Notes: generated by a model not told the origin, from the sequence alone. DNA of 64,000 bases from an uncultured Chitinophaga sp. (GCA_964631835.1 CAZWAD010000001.1:114216-178215); one strand, 5' to 3'; numbered from the stretch's first letter, positions 47,087-55,136 are shown. Translations and numbers: made by a program.

Positions 47087-47098
47087 AAATTATATAAA

Positions 47099-47905
47099 AT
47101 GCAAAACCCAAAAATAGATTTCAGCACCTTGCCTTCAAGGACGTTTATCTATAAATTTATAGATGAGCTGCTCGACTTCCTTTTTCCCACAGAATCGAAC
47201 CATACTTTCAGGTATGAAGTAGCCGGAGAAAAAGAAGAGCGCCTGAAACATAATCTTCAGGAAATTCTCAAACCGCTGAACGGAAAGCTCAATCCGCCTG
47301 CTCAAGAAATCACCGCAAAGTTTTTTCAATCGCTGTCTTCAGTTTATGACAAGTTGATTTTGGACGCTGAATTCTTTATGAAGTCAGACCCAGCAGCTGA
47401 AAGTGTTGAAGAGGTGATTATTGCTTACCCTGGCTTTTATGCCATTACTGTTTACCGTCTTGCTCATGAACTTTCAAAACTTAATGTGCCGATTATTCCC
47501 CGTGTAATCAGTGAATATGCGCATACTAAAACAGGTATTGACATCCACCCTGGCGCAACCATCGGTACTCCTTTTTTTATTGACCACGGCACCGGTGTCG
47601 TAATCGGGCAAACGACCGTTATCGGCAGCCATGTGAAAATTTATCAGGGCGTAACGCTTGGTGCTCTGGCTGTTAGAAAAGAATCGCAGGGTGCCAAGCG
47701 CCACCCCACGATTGAGGACAGTGTCATTCTCTATGCCGGAAGCTGTATTCTCGGAGGCGAAACGGTTGTGGGACACGACAGCGTAATTGGCGGAAATGTG
47801 TGGCTGACCGAAAGCGTTGCGCCACTGTCTATTGTTTATCACAAAAGTGAAGTCCATATTCGCGACAAATCTGAAATGAATGAAGTCATCGACTTCGTTA
47901 TCTAA
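47099..47905 (+). CDS. cysE: serine O-acetyltransferase
   Basis: Start moved to MQNPKIDF at 47099. Hexapeptide-repeat C-half with GIDIHPGATIG..FFIDHGTGVVIG. Confidence 0.9.
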   Translation: MQNPKIDFSTLPSRTFIYKFIDELLDFLFPTESNHTFRYEVAGEKEERLKHNLQEILKPLNGKLNPPAQEITAKFFQSLSSVYDKLILDAEFFMKSDPAAESVEEVIIAYPGFYAITVYRLAHELSKLNVPIIPRVISEYAHTKTGIDIHPGATIGTPFFIDHGTGVVIGQTTVIGSHVKIYQGVTLGALAVRKESQGAKRHPTIEDSVILYAGSCILGGETVVGHDSVIGGNVWLTESVAPLSIVYHKSEVHIRDKSEMNEVIDFVI

Positions 47906-47932
47906 TAACTATCAACCAACAACAAATTTTTC

Positions 47933-48850
47933 ATGAAAGCAAACAACATCCTTGAAACCATCGGCAACACTCCGCACCTGCGAATCAATAAACTCTTTGA
48001 CAGCAGCCACGAAGTCTGGATTAAACTGGAGCGTGCCAATCCCGGGGGAAGCATTAAGGACCGCATCGCTCTTTCCATGATTGAAGATGCCGAGCAAAAG
48101 GGTTTGCTCAAGCCCGGCAGTGTAATTATTGAACCTACTTCGGGCAACACCGGTATTGGCTTGGCAATGGTGGCGTGTGTAAAAGGCTACAAACTGATTC
48201 TCGTTATGCCAGAATCAATGAGTATAGAAAGAAGAAGACTGATGAAAGCTTATGGCGCCACTTTCGAGCTTACCCCCCGCGAAAAAGGGATGAAGGGCGC
48301 TATAGCCAAAGCCCAGGAACTTGCCGATGCAACCCCCGACTCGTGGATACCTCAGCAGTTTGACAATGCTGCTAACGTGGCAGTGCATATAAAACATACC
48401 GCTCAGGAAATTCTTACCGATTTTCCTGAAGGCATTGATTACCTCATTACGGGAGTTGGAACAGGTGGTCATATTACCGGTGTGGGCAAAGCGCTGAAAG
48501 AAAAGTTTCCTTCTTTAAAAGTATATGCTGTAGAGCCGGCTCTTTCGCCCGTAATAAGCGGTGGTCAGCCTGCTCCGCATCCCATTCAGGGAATTGGTGC
48601 GGGGTTTATTCCCGCCAACCTGGATACGAAGGTGCTTGACGGGGTTATTCAGGTGTCGAAAGAAGAGGCTTTTGATTTCGCCATCCGTGCAGCCAGCCAG
48701 GAAGCCCTCTTTGGCGGAATTTCATCAGGAGCAACCCTCGCTGCAATTGCAAAAAAGATTACCGAAATACCTGCCGGCAAGCGTATACTCGGCTTTAATT
48801 ACGATACCGGTGAACGCTACCTGAGCATAGAGGGGCTTTTCGCCCTTTAA
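47933..48850 (+). CDS. cysK: cysteine synthase A (O-acetylserine sulfhydrylase)
   Basis: [12 protein letters not shown] lysine, [13 protein letters not shown]. Confidence 0.93.
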   Translation: MKANNILETIGNTPHLRINKLFDSSHEVWIKLERANPGGSIKDRIALSMIEDAEQKGLLKPGSVIIEPTSGNTGIGLAMVACVKGYKLILVMPESMSIERRRLMKAYGATFELTPREKGMKGAIAKAQELADATPDSWIPQQFDNAANVAVHIKHTAQEILTDFPEGIDYLITGVGTGGHITGVGKALKEKFPSLKVYAVEPALSPVISGGQPAPHPIQGIGAGFIPANLDTKVLDGVIQVSKEEAFDFAIRAASQEALFGGISSGATLAAIAKKITEIPAGKRILGFNYDTGERYLSIEGLFAL

Positions 48851-48872
48851 TCCCCGCCTTTTACAGCAAACC

Positions 48873-48902
48873 ACCATATTTATATGTACATATAAATATG
48901 GT
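48873..48902. repeat. 30-bp perfect palindrome after cysK
   Basis: In ACCATATTTATATGTACATATAAATATGGT the left 15 nt are the exact reverse complement of the right 15 nt. Confidence 0.9.
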
Positions 48903-48974
48903 AAACCCCATTTGCAAAAATGTTTCCCCGAATTGCTTGACAAATGACGCGGGGCGTTTATATTAGCGTCATGA

Positions 48975-49019
48975 AATGCTCATGATTCAAAATCATGAAA
49001 AACGAAAATCATGAGCATT
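48975..49019. repeat. hairpin repeat, AATGCYCATGAT family (copy 2)
   Basis: AATGCTCATGATT (48975..48987) is the perfect reverse complement of AATCATGAGCATT (49007..49019). A third AATCATGA sits in the loop. Confidence 0.85.
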
Positions 49020-49050
49020 CCATCTGACAATTAAAATCAAATTATAACAG

Positions 49051-49116
49051 ATGAAAATTATCATTTCAACCGGTTGGTGGCATGCTGAAAAAACAGCGGG
49101 CTGCGCAATGCGTTGA
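49051..49116 (+). CDS. putative trp leader peptide MKIIISTGWWHAEKTAGCAMR
   Basis: A 21-codon ORF with tandem TGG TGG at 49075..49080. It is followed by a terminator and then trpE. Confidence 0.65.
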   Translation: MKIIISTGWWHAEKTAGCAMR

Positions 49117-49138
49117 AATGATTGATTATATTTTTTCG

Positions 49139-49173
49139 AAAGCCCGTTGTAGTAACAATGGGCTTTTTCTTTT
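49139..49173 (+). terminator. intrinsic terminator (attenuator) upstream of trpE
   Basis: Stem AAAGCCCGTTG / CAATGGGCTTT with a 6-nt loop, then TTCTTTT. Confidence 0.8.
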
Positions 49174-49186
49174 ACGCTGAAACGAA

Positions 49187-50575
49187 ATGAGATATACCAC
49201 ACATACTTTTCAAATGCTTGCCGATACACACACGCCCGTGGGTATTTACCTGAAGCTGCGCGATGTGTTTCATCAAACGCTGCTGCTGGAAAGCTCCGAT
49301 TATCATGCGGCAGAAAACAGTTTTTCGTTTATCTGCTGCCATGCCGTGGCATCTGTAAAAGTGCTGGAGGGTGCCGTGGAAATTGACGGATACAAAACCG
49401 GCAAGCAGACTGTTTCGTTTGAGCAGAAGCCGCTGTTTGAATCGTTTCAGCAGTTCAGCGATTCGTTTACCGAAACAAACGGCAAGGCCACTATTGCCAA
49501 CGGGCTGTTTGGTTATGTAAGCAGCGATGCGGTGCAGCACTTCGATAATTTTTCGTTCAGGAATGAAGACCGCGAAATTCCTTCGGTGTGGTTTACGTTT
49601 TACCGTTTTGTCATCGCGTTCAACCATTTTAAAGACGAGCTGGTTATTTACGAAAACGTGCCGGAGGGCGAAACTGGCGAAACGGAAAAAATAATTACGC
49701 TCATCCGCAATAAGAACATGGCGGTGTATCCGTTTGAAACCGCGGGCGAAGAAAAAACCAATGTGACCGACCCGGAATTTATTTCGATGATTGAACGCGC
49801 CATAGGGCATTGTTACCGTGGCGATGTTTTTCAGCTGGTGCTGTCGCGCAGGTTTATGCAAAAATTTACGGGCGATGATATGAATGTGTATCGCACGCTG
49901 CGCTCGATAAATCCTTCGCCCTACCTGTTTTATTTCGATTACGGCAACTTCCGGATTTTTGGTTCTTCGCCCGAAGCGCAGCTGGTGGTGAAGGGCAACA
50001 AAGCGAAAATCAATCCCATTGCAGGAACTTTTAAGCGCACCGGTGATGATGAGCAGGATAAAATGCTGGCGGAAAAACTGGCGAAGGATGAAAAAGAAAA
50101 TGCCGAGCATGTGATGCTGGTGGATTTGGCGCGCAACGATTTATCGAAGCATTGCAGCGCGGTGGAGGTGAAGCATTACAAGCAGATTCATTTTTACTCG
50201 CACGTGATTCATTTGGTGAGCGAAGTGATGGGAACGCTCGATGGCAAACACAATGCTTTGCAGTTACTGGCAGATTCGTTTCCTGCGGGCACACTTTCGG
50301 GTGCGCCCAAGCACGAAGCGATTGAGCTGATTCGCAAATACGAAAATATGCTGCGCGGATTTTATGGCGGGTGTATCGGCTTTATCGGTTTCAATGGCGA
50401 TATCAATACTGCTATTACCATCCGCTCGTTTTTGAGCAAGAACAACACGCTGCATTACCAGGCGGGCGCGGGAGTGGTGGCGGCATCGAATCCGCAAAGC
50501 GAGCTGGAGGAAGTTCACAACAAGCTGCGCGCCTTACGCACAGCCATTGAGCAGGCAAAACAAATGAGTGTATGA
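49187..50575 (+). CDS. trpE: anthranilate synthase component I
   Basis: LLESS, SPE..L, GAPK and a chorismate-binding C-half. Confidence 0.95.
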   Translation: MRYTTHTFQMLADTHTPVGIYLKLRDVFHQTLLLESSDYHAAENSFSFICCHAVASVKVLEGAVEIDGYKTGKQTVSFEQKPLFESFQQFSDSFTETNGKATIANGLFGYVSSDAVQHFDNFSFRNEDREIPSVWFTFYRFVIAFNHFKDELVIYENVPEGETGETEKIITLIRNKNMAVYPFETAGEEKTNVTDPEFISMIERAIGHCYRGDVFQLVLSRRFMQKFTGDDMNVYRTLRSINPSPYLFYFDYGNFRIFGSSPEAQLVVKGNKAKINPIAGTFKRTGDDEQDKMLAEKLAKDEKENAEHVMLVDLARNDLSKHCSAVEVKHYKQIHFYSHVIHLVSEVMGTLDGKHNALQLLADSFPAGTLSGAPKHEAIELIRKYENMLRGFYGGCIGFIGFNGDINTAITIRSFLSKNNTLHYQAGAGVVAASNPQSELEEVHNKLRALRTAIEQAKQMSV

Positions 50576-51144
50576 TGAAGAAGATATTAGTGATAGACAA
50601 TTACGATTCGTTTACTTACAACTTAGTGTATCTGCTGAGGCAGTTTGAAGATGTAACGGTAGATGTGGTGCGGAATGATTTTGTGGAAATGGAAGCGGTG
50701 AAGAATTACGACAAGCTTTTGTTTTCACCGGGACCTGGAATTCCCGAAGAAGCGGGGCTGATGTGCGAGGTGATAAAAGAATATGCTGGAAAGAAATCTA
50801 TGCTCGGTGTTTGTCTTGGTCATCAGGCAATTGGAGAAGTGTTTGGCTCGAAGCTTAAAAATTTGACAAAAGTTTTTCACGGAATAGCAACAGATATTTT
50901 CGTGAAGGATTCAAATGGAGTTTTTAAAGATGTTCCGAAAACTTTTAAAGCGGGCAGGTATCACTCCTGGGTGATTGATGAAAATAATTTGTCGGATGAT
51001 TTGGAAGTAACGGCTACGGATGAGAACAACCTCATTATGGCAGTGGCGCATAAAAAATATGATATACAGGGCGTTCAGTTTCACCCAGAATCAATTTTGA
51101 CCGAGCATTCAGTAACGATGATGAGCAACTGGATAAATAAATAG
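50572..51144 (+). CDS. trpG: anthranilate synthase component II (glutamine amidotransferase)
   Basis: ATGA overlap with trpE. GVCLGHQ and VQFHPES triad motifs. Confidence 0.95.
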   Translation: MMKKILVIDNYDSFTYNLVYLLRQFEDVTVDVVRNDFVEMEAVKNYDKLLFSPGPGIPEEAGLMCEVIKEYAGKKSMLGVCLGHQAIGEVFGSKLKNLTKVFHGIATDIFVKDSNGVFKDVPKTFKAGRYHSWVIDENNLSDDLEVTATDENNLIMAVAHKKYDIQGVQFHPESILTEHSVTMMSNWINK

Positions 51145-51145
51145 G

Positions 51146-52129
51146 ATGAAGGCGATACTCAACAACTTAATAGAACTGCAAACGCTCTCACGCAAAGAGG
51201 CGTACGAGTTGATGAAAAACATCGGCACGGGTGCTTTCAACGAAGCACACATTGCCGCGCTGCTCACCGTGCTGATGATGCGCCCGCTTACGCTTGATGA
51301 GCTACATGGTTTTCGTGAAGCACTTTTGGAATTGTGTGTTCCGTTTAATGCAGATGAAGAAACTATAGACTTATGCGGCACGGGGGGCGATGGAAAAAAC
51401 ACGTTTAATATTTCTACGCTTTCTTCGATTGTAGTTGCTGCCTGCGGATATAAAGTAACCAAGCACGGTAACTACGGAGTATCTAGCGCCAGCGGCTCAT
51501 CGAATGTGATGGAGTATTATAGTTACAAATTCACCAACGATGAAAGTGTTTTGAAGAAGCAGTTGGATGCCTGCAACATTTGTTTCTTGCATGCACCTTT
51601 ATTTCACCTTGCGCTAAAGCATGTTGCCAACGTTCGCAAGCAGATGGGCATCAAAACTTTCTTCAATATGCTGGGGCCTTTGGTAAATCCTGCACAACCT
51701 GCTTACCGCCTAACAGGTGTTTTCAATTTAGAGTTGGCGCGCTTGTATCATTATCTTTTACAACAAGACCCCGGCAGCTATAAAGTGCTGCACGATTTGA
51801 ATGGCTACGATGAAATTTCTCTCACCGGTTTAGTGAAGGTTTATTCTAAAGAAGGCGAACAAGTTTTCAGTCCGGAAGATTTAGGCTTCAAACAAAAACA
51901 AGCCAGCGAACTTTTTGGAGGAGATACAGTAAAAGAAGCCGCAGAGATTTTCATGAGTGTATTGGAAAACAAAAGCACTGCCACGCAGCAGGAAGTGGTA
52001 ATTGCTAATGCAGCAACTGCTATTCAAACAATAGAGCCAGAACTTTCATTTACTGATTGTGCTGCAAAAGCGAAAGAAGCAATCATATCAGGCAACGCAT
52101 TAAAGACATTTAAATCGCTTGTGGCATGA
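51146..52129 (+). CDS. trpD: anthranilate phosphoribosyltransferase
   Basis: DLCGTGGDG..TFNIST and KHGN motifs. Confidence 0.95.
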   Translation: MKAILNNLIELQTLSRKEAYELMKNIGTGAFNEAHIAALLTVLMMRPLTLDELHGFREALLELCVPFNADEETIDLCGTGGDGKNTFNISTLSSIVVAACGYKVTKHGNYGVSSASGSSNVMEYYSYKFTNDESVLKKQLDACNICFLHAPLFHLALKHVANVRKQMGIKTFFNMLGPLVNPAQPAYRLTGVFNLELARLYHYLLQQDPGSYKVLHDLNGYDEISLTGLVKVYSKEGEQVFSPEDLGFKQKQASELFGGDTVKEAAEIFMSVLENKSTATQQEVVIANAATAIQTIEPELSFTDCAAKAKEAIISGNALKTFKSLVA

Positions 52130-52917
52130 ATTACTTAGATGAGATAATCGCTCATAAACGGAAAGAGCTAGAAGTAAGAAAGCTACTTCGTACGGTTAGT
52201 CAGTTGGAGAATGATGTTTTATTTAAACGGGCAACTACTTCGCTGAAAGATATCCTCAGTCAAAAAAATAATAGTGGCATCATCGCAGAATTTAAACGCG
52301 CATCTCCGAGTAAGGGGTTTATAAACAAGTATGCAGAAGTAAAAAAAACAACTACCGGTTATATTAAGGCAGGTGCATCCGCTCTGTCTGTTCTTACGGA
52401 TGAAAAATATTTTGGAGGCACTGCAAAAGATTTAACCGAAGCGCGACAAGTAAATGCCTGCCCTATCCTCCGAAAAGACTTTACCGTTGACGAATACCAA
52501 ATCATTGAAGCAAAATCTATCGGTGCGGATGTTATTCTTTTGATAGCCGCGGTGTTGAGCAAAAAAGAAATCAAATCACTTACTGATGTTGCTGTGTCTT
52601 TGGGCTTAGAAGTGTTATTGGAAATTCACGAAGCAGAGGAATTGGACAAAGCCGATGTATCACAACACCTTATCGGCATCAACAACCGCAACCTGAAAAC
52701 CTTTGAAGTAAATCTGGAGCACAGTATTCAATTGGCGGAGCAACTTCCCAAAGGCGTTGTAAAAATTGCCGAGAGTGGAATAAGTCAGCCCGAAAATATT
52801 TTGCTGCTGAAGCAACATGGTTTCAATGGTTTTTTGATTGGAGGGAATTTTATGAAAGAAGCGCAACCCGAAATTGCTTGCAAAAAATTTATTGATAGTC
52901 TTTCTGTCTTGGTATGA
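52126..52917 (+). CDS. trpC: indole-3-glycerol phosphate synthase
   Basis: IAEFKRASPSKG, LRKDF and GINNRNL motifs. Overlaps trpD by 4 bp. Confidence 0.95.
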   Translation: MNYLDEIIAHKRKELEVRKLLRTVSQLENDVLFKRATTSLKDILSQKNNSGIIAEFKRASPSKGFINKYAEVKKTTTGYIKAGASALSVLTDEKYFGGTAKDLTEARQVNACPILRKDFTVDEYQIIEAKSIGADVILLIAAVLSKKEIKSLTDVAVSLGLEVLLEIHEAEELDKADVSQHLIGINNRNLKTFEVNLEHSIQLAEQLPKGVVKIAESGISQPENILLLKQHGFNGFLIGGNFMKEAQPEIACKKFIDSLSVLV

Positions 52918-53537
52918 AAACAAAAATCTGCGGCTTAAGGGAAAAACAGAATATTGCGGATTTAGCGAAGCTAAATCCGCAGTGGATGGGCTTCATCTTT
53001 GCTCCAGCTTCTCCGCGCTATTTCAATTCGGCAAAAGAACCCGCAGATTTAAGATCAATTCCCTCTTCCATTAACAAAGTCGGAGTGTTCGTGAACGAAA
53101 CATCAGAGAAGGTGAAAGAAACAATTCAGCAACACAACTTAAACGCCATTCAACTCCACGGCAACGAAACTCCCGAATACTGTGCATCGCTTCAATCACC
53201 CGGCATTGAAATCATCAAAGCATTCAGCGTGGATGATGACTTTGATTTCAGCATCACCGAATCCTATTCTCCTTTCGTAGATTATTTCCTATTCGATACC
53301 AAAGGCAAACAAGCAGGCGGCAACGGAATCGCCTTCAACTGGAATATCCTAAACGGCAAACGTTTTGCGAAACCGTTTTTATTGAGCGGAGGCATTTCAC
53401 CCGAACATGCAGAGGCAATAAAGCAATTCACTCATCCCGATTGCATCGGCATCGACATCAATAGCCGCTTCGAAATTTCTCCCGGCCTGAAAGATGTTGC
53501 GGCTATTCGTTTATTCTTACAACAAATTCAGTCATGA
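52914..53537 (+). CDS. trpF: phosphoribosylanthranilate isomerase
   Basis: KICG, QLHG.E and LSGG motifs. Overlaps trpC by 4 bp. Confidence 0.93.
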   Translation: MKTKICGLREKQNIADLAKLNPQWMGFIFAPASPRYFNSAKEPADLRSIPSSINKVGVFVNETSEKVKETIQQHNLNAIQLHGNETPEYCASLQSPGIEIIKAFSVDDDFDFSITESYSPFVDYFLFDTKGKQAGGNGIAFNWNILNGKRFAKPFLLSGGISPEHAEAIKQFTHPDCIGIDINSRFEISPGLKDVAAIRLFLQQIQS

Positions 53538-53548
53538 GTTACACCAAA

Positions 53549-53671
53549 GCATTCATTGCCGCGCAGACCCCTGCCCCTAAAGGGGTAAGGCAACGCAGAA
53601 AAAACATAGCTTGTATTTTGCGTAGCGGTTCTCCCTTTAGGGAGTTAGTGGGTTGGGGGTCTATTCTAAAC
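53549..53671. repeat. palindromic repeat element inserted between trpF and trpB, flanked by 26-bp direct repeats (53523..53548 and 53672..53697)
   Basis: The direct repeats are CAAATTCAGTCATGAGTTACACCAAA and CAAATTCAACCATGAGTTACACCAAA. The insert has AGACCCC...GGGGTCT ends and internal CCCCTAAAGGGG and CTCCCTTTAGGGAG hairpins. Confidence 0.85.
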
Positions 53672-53682
53672 CAAATTCAACC

Positions 53683-54858
53683 ATGAGTTACACCAAAACC
53701 AAAAACGGCTTTTACGGAGAATTTGGCGGAGCCTTCATCCCCGAAATGCTCCACGCCAATGTCGAAGAGCTGCAGCAGAATTACGAGCGCATTATCGAAC
53801 AACCTGATTTCAAAAAAGAAATGGAGCAACTTCTGCGCGATTATGTGGGCCGTCCTACTCCGCTCTTTTTTGCTGAACGCCTTTCGCAGCATTACGGCAC
53901 CAACATTTATTTAAAGCGCGAAGATCTTTGCCACACGGGAGCGCATAAAATCAATAACACCATCGGGCAGATTCTGCTGGCGCAGCGCCTCGGCAAAAAA
54001 CGAATCATTGCCGAAACCGGTGCAGGGCAACACGGAGTGGCTACCGCCACCGTCTGCGCCCTCAAAGGTTTGGAGTGCATTGTTTACATGGGGCAGAAAG
54101 ACACCGAGCGCCAGGCGCCCAATGTGGCGCGTATGAAAATGCTGGGTGCCAAAGTGGTGCCCGTTACCAGCGGTAACATGACCCTCAAAGATGCCACCAA
54201 CGAAGCCATCCGCGACTGGATCAACCATCCCGATGAAACACACTACATCATCGGCTCGGTGGTCGGTCCTCATCCTTATCCCGAAATGGTGGCGCGCTTT
54301 CAATCTGTCATCAGTGCCGAAATGCAAACACAGCTGCACGAAAAAACCAACCGCAATCACCCCGACTATGTGCTGGCATGTGTGGGCGGAGGCAGCAATG
54401 CAGCAGGCGCTTTCTATCATTTTCTCGATGACGAAAAAGTAAAACTCATTGCCGTAGAAGCCGCGGGCAAAGGTCTTGAGAGTGGTCACTCAGCCGCTAC
54501 TACTTACCTCGGCAAAAAAGGAATTATTCACGGCAGCATGACCCTGCTCATGCAAACCGCTGACGGACAAATCGAAGAACCCTATTCGCTTTCTGCGGGG
54601 CTCGATTACCCCGGCATTGGTCCGCTGCATGCGCATTTGTTCCAAAGCGGGCGCGCGCAGTTTAAGTATGTAACCGATGACAAAGCTTTGCAAGCCGCCT
54701 TCTTCCTCGCCAAAAACGAAGGCATTATCTGCGCCCTCGAAACCGCTCATGCACTGGCCGCTTTAGAGCAAGTCAATTTCCGCAAAACCAATGTGGTGGT
54801 CATCTGCCTCTCGGGCCGTGGCGACAAAGATTTAGAAGCGTACATGAAGCATTTGTAG
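53683..54858 (+). CDS. trpB: tryptophan synthase beta chain
   Basis: Start moved to [16 protein letters not shown] at 53683. [12 protein letters not shown] lysine and GGGSNA motifs. Confidence 0.96.
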   Translation: MSYTKTKNGFYGEFGGAFIPEMLHANVEELQQNYERIIEQPDFKKEMEQLLRDYVGRPTPLFFAERLSQHYGTNIYLKREDLCHTGAHKINNTIGQILLAQRLGKKRIIAETGAGQHGVATATVCALKGLECIVYMGQKDTERQAPNVARMKMLGAKVVPVTSGNMTLKDATNEAIRDWINHPDETHYIIGSVVGPHPYPEMVARFQSVISAEMQTQLHEKTNRNHPDYVLACVGGGSNAAGAFYHFLDDEKVKLIAVEAAGKGLESGHSAATTYLGKKGIIHGSMTLLMQTADGQIEEPYSLSAGLDYPGIGPLHAHLFQSGRAQFKYVTDDKALQAAFFLAKNEGIICALETAHALAALEQVNFRKTNVVVICLSGRGDKDLEAYMKHL

Positions 54859-54920
54859 AAAAAGAATTGGTGCCTGTCCCGAACTTGTTTCGGGAGCGCG
54901 TCCCGCACAAAGCAGCGGGT

Positions 54921-55060
54921 CGGGCTTTACGCTACAATCTTTTTTGCTGCTGCATTTTGTCCCCCTCTGCATAGCCTGTGTTTAGCTGAGGGGGTGCCCG
55001 TTTCGGGCGGGGGAGGTTTTTTCATCCGCAGCAAAAAAGGATTTCCGCTTCAATCCCTCG
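54921..55060. repeat. composite palindromic element downstream of trpB
   Basis: The imperfect arms share a perfect core, TTTTTTGCTGC (54940..54950) against GCAGCAAAAAA (55028..55038). Inner hairpins are CCCCCTC...GAGGGGG and GCCCG-TTT-CGGGC. Confidence 0.7.
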
Positions 55061-55107
55061 CGCAAACAGCCGCCTTTCACTCACAAGTTTGCCCTTGCGA
55101 GGTCGGC

Positions 55108-55136
55108 TCTGCGACCGAAGCAAACTTCCACTTTGT
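55108..55136 (+). repeat. solo copy of the left-end sequence of the GIY-YIG cassette
   Basis: TCTGCGACCGAAGCAAACTTCCACTTTGT matches 17657..17685 at 28 of 29 positions. Confidence 0.85.

Noticed and set aside
48937-48964. A canonical sigma70-type promoter, TTGACA-N16-TATATT, upstream of the trp leader.
   Set aside because: Primary promoters in Bacteroidota are reported to use TTTG / TAnnTTTG rather than -35/-10 hexamers. A single match in AT-rich DNA can be chance. It is kept only as a note inside the hairpin-family finding.
49172-50110. A very long (312-aa) antisense ORF opposite trpE. Similar long antisense ORFs occur at 19546..20256 opposite cysN, 7376..8101, 39754..40392, 53911..54489, 35513..36106 and 43521..44009.
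   Set aside because: Each lies fully inside a confidently identified sense gene with clear family motifs. Their translations are rich in Cys, His, Phe, Arg and Leu with no motifs, as expected for shadow ORFs of codon-biased genes.
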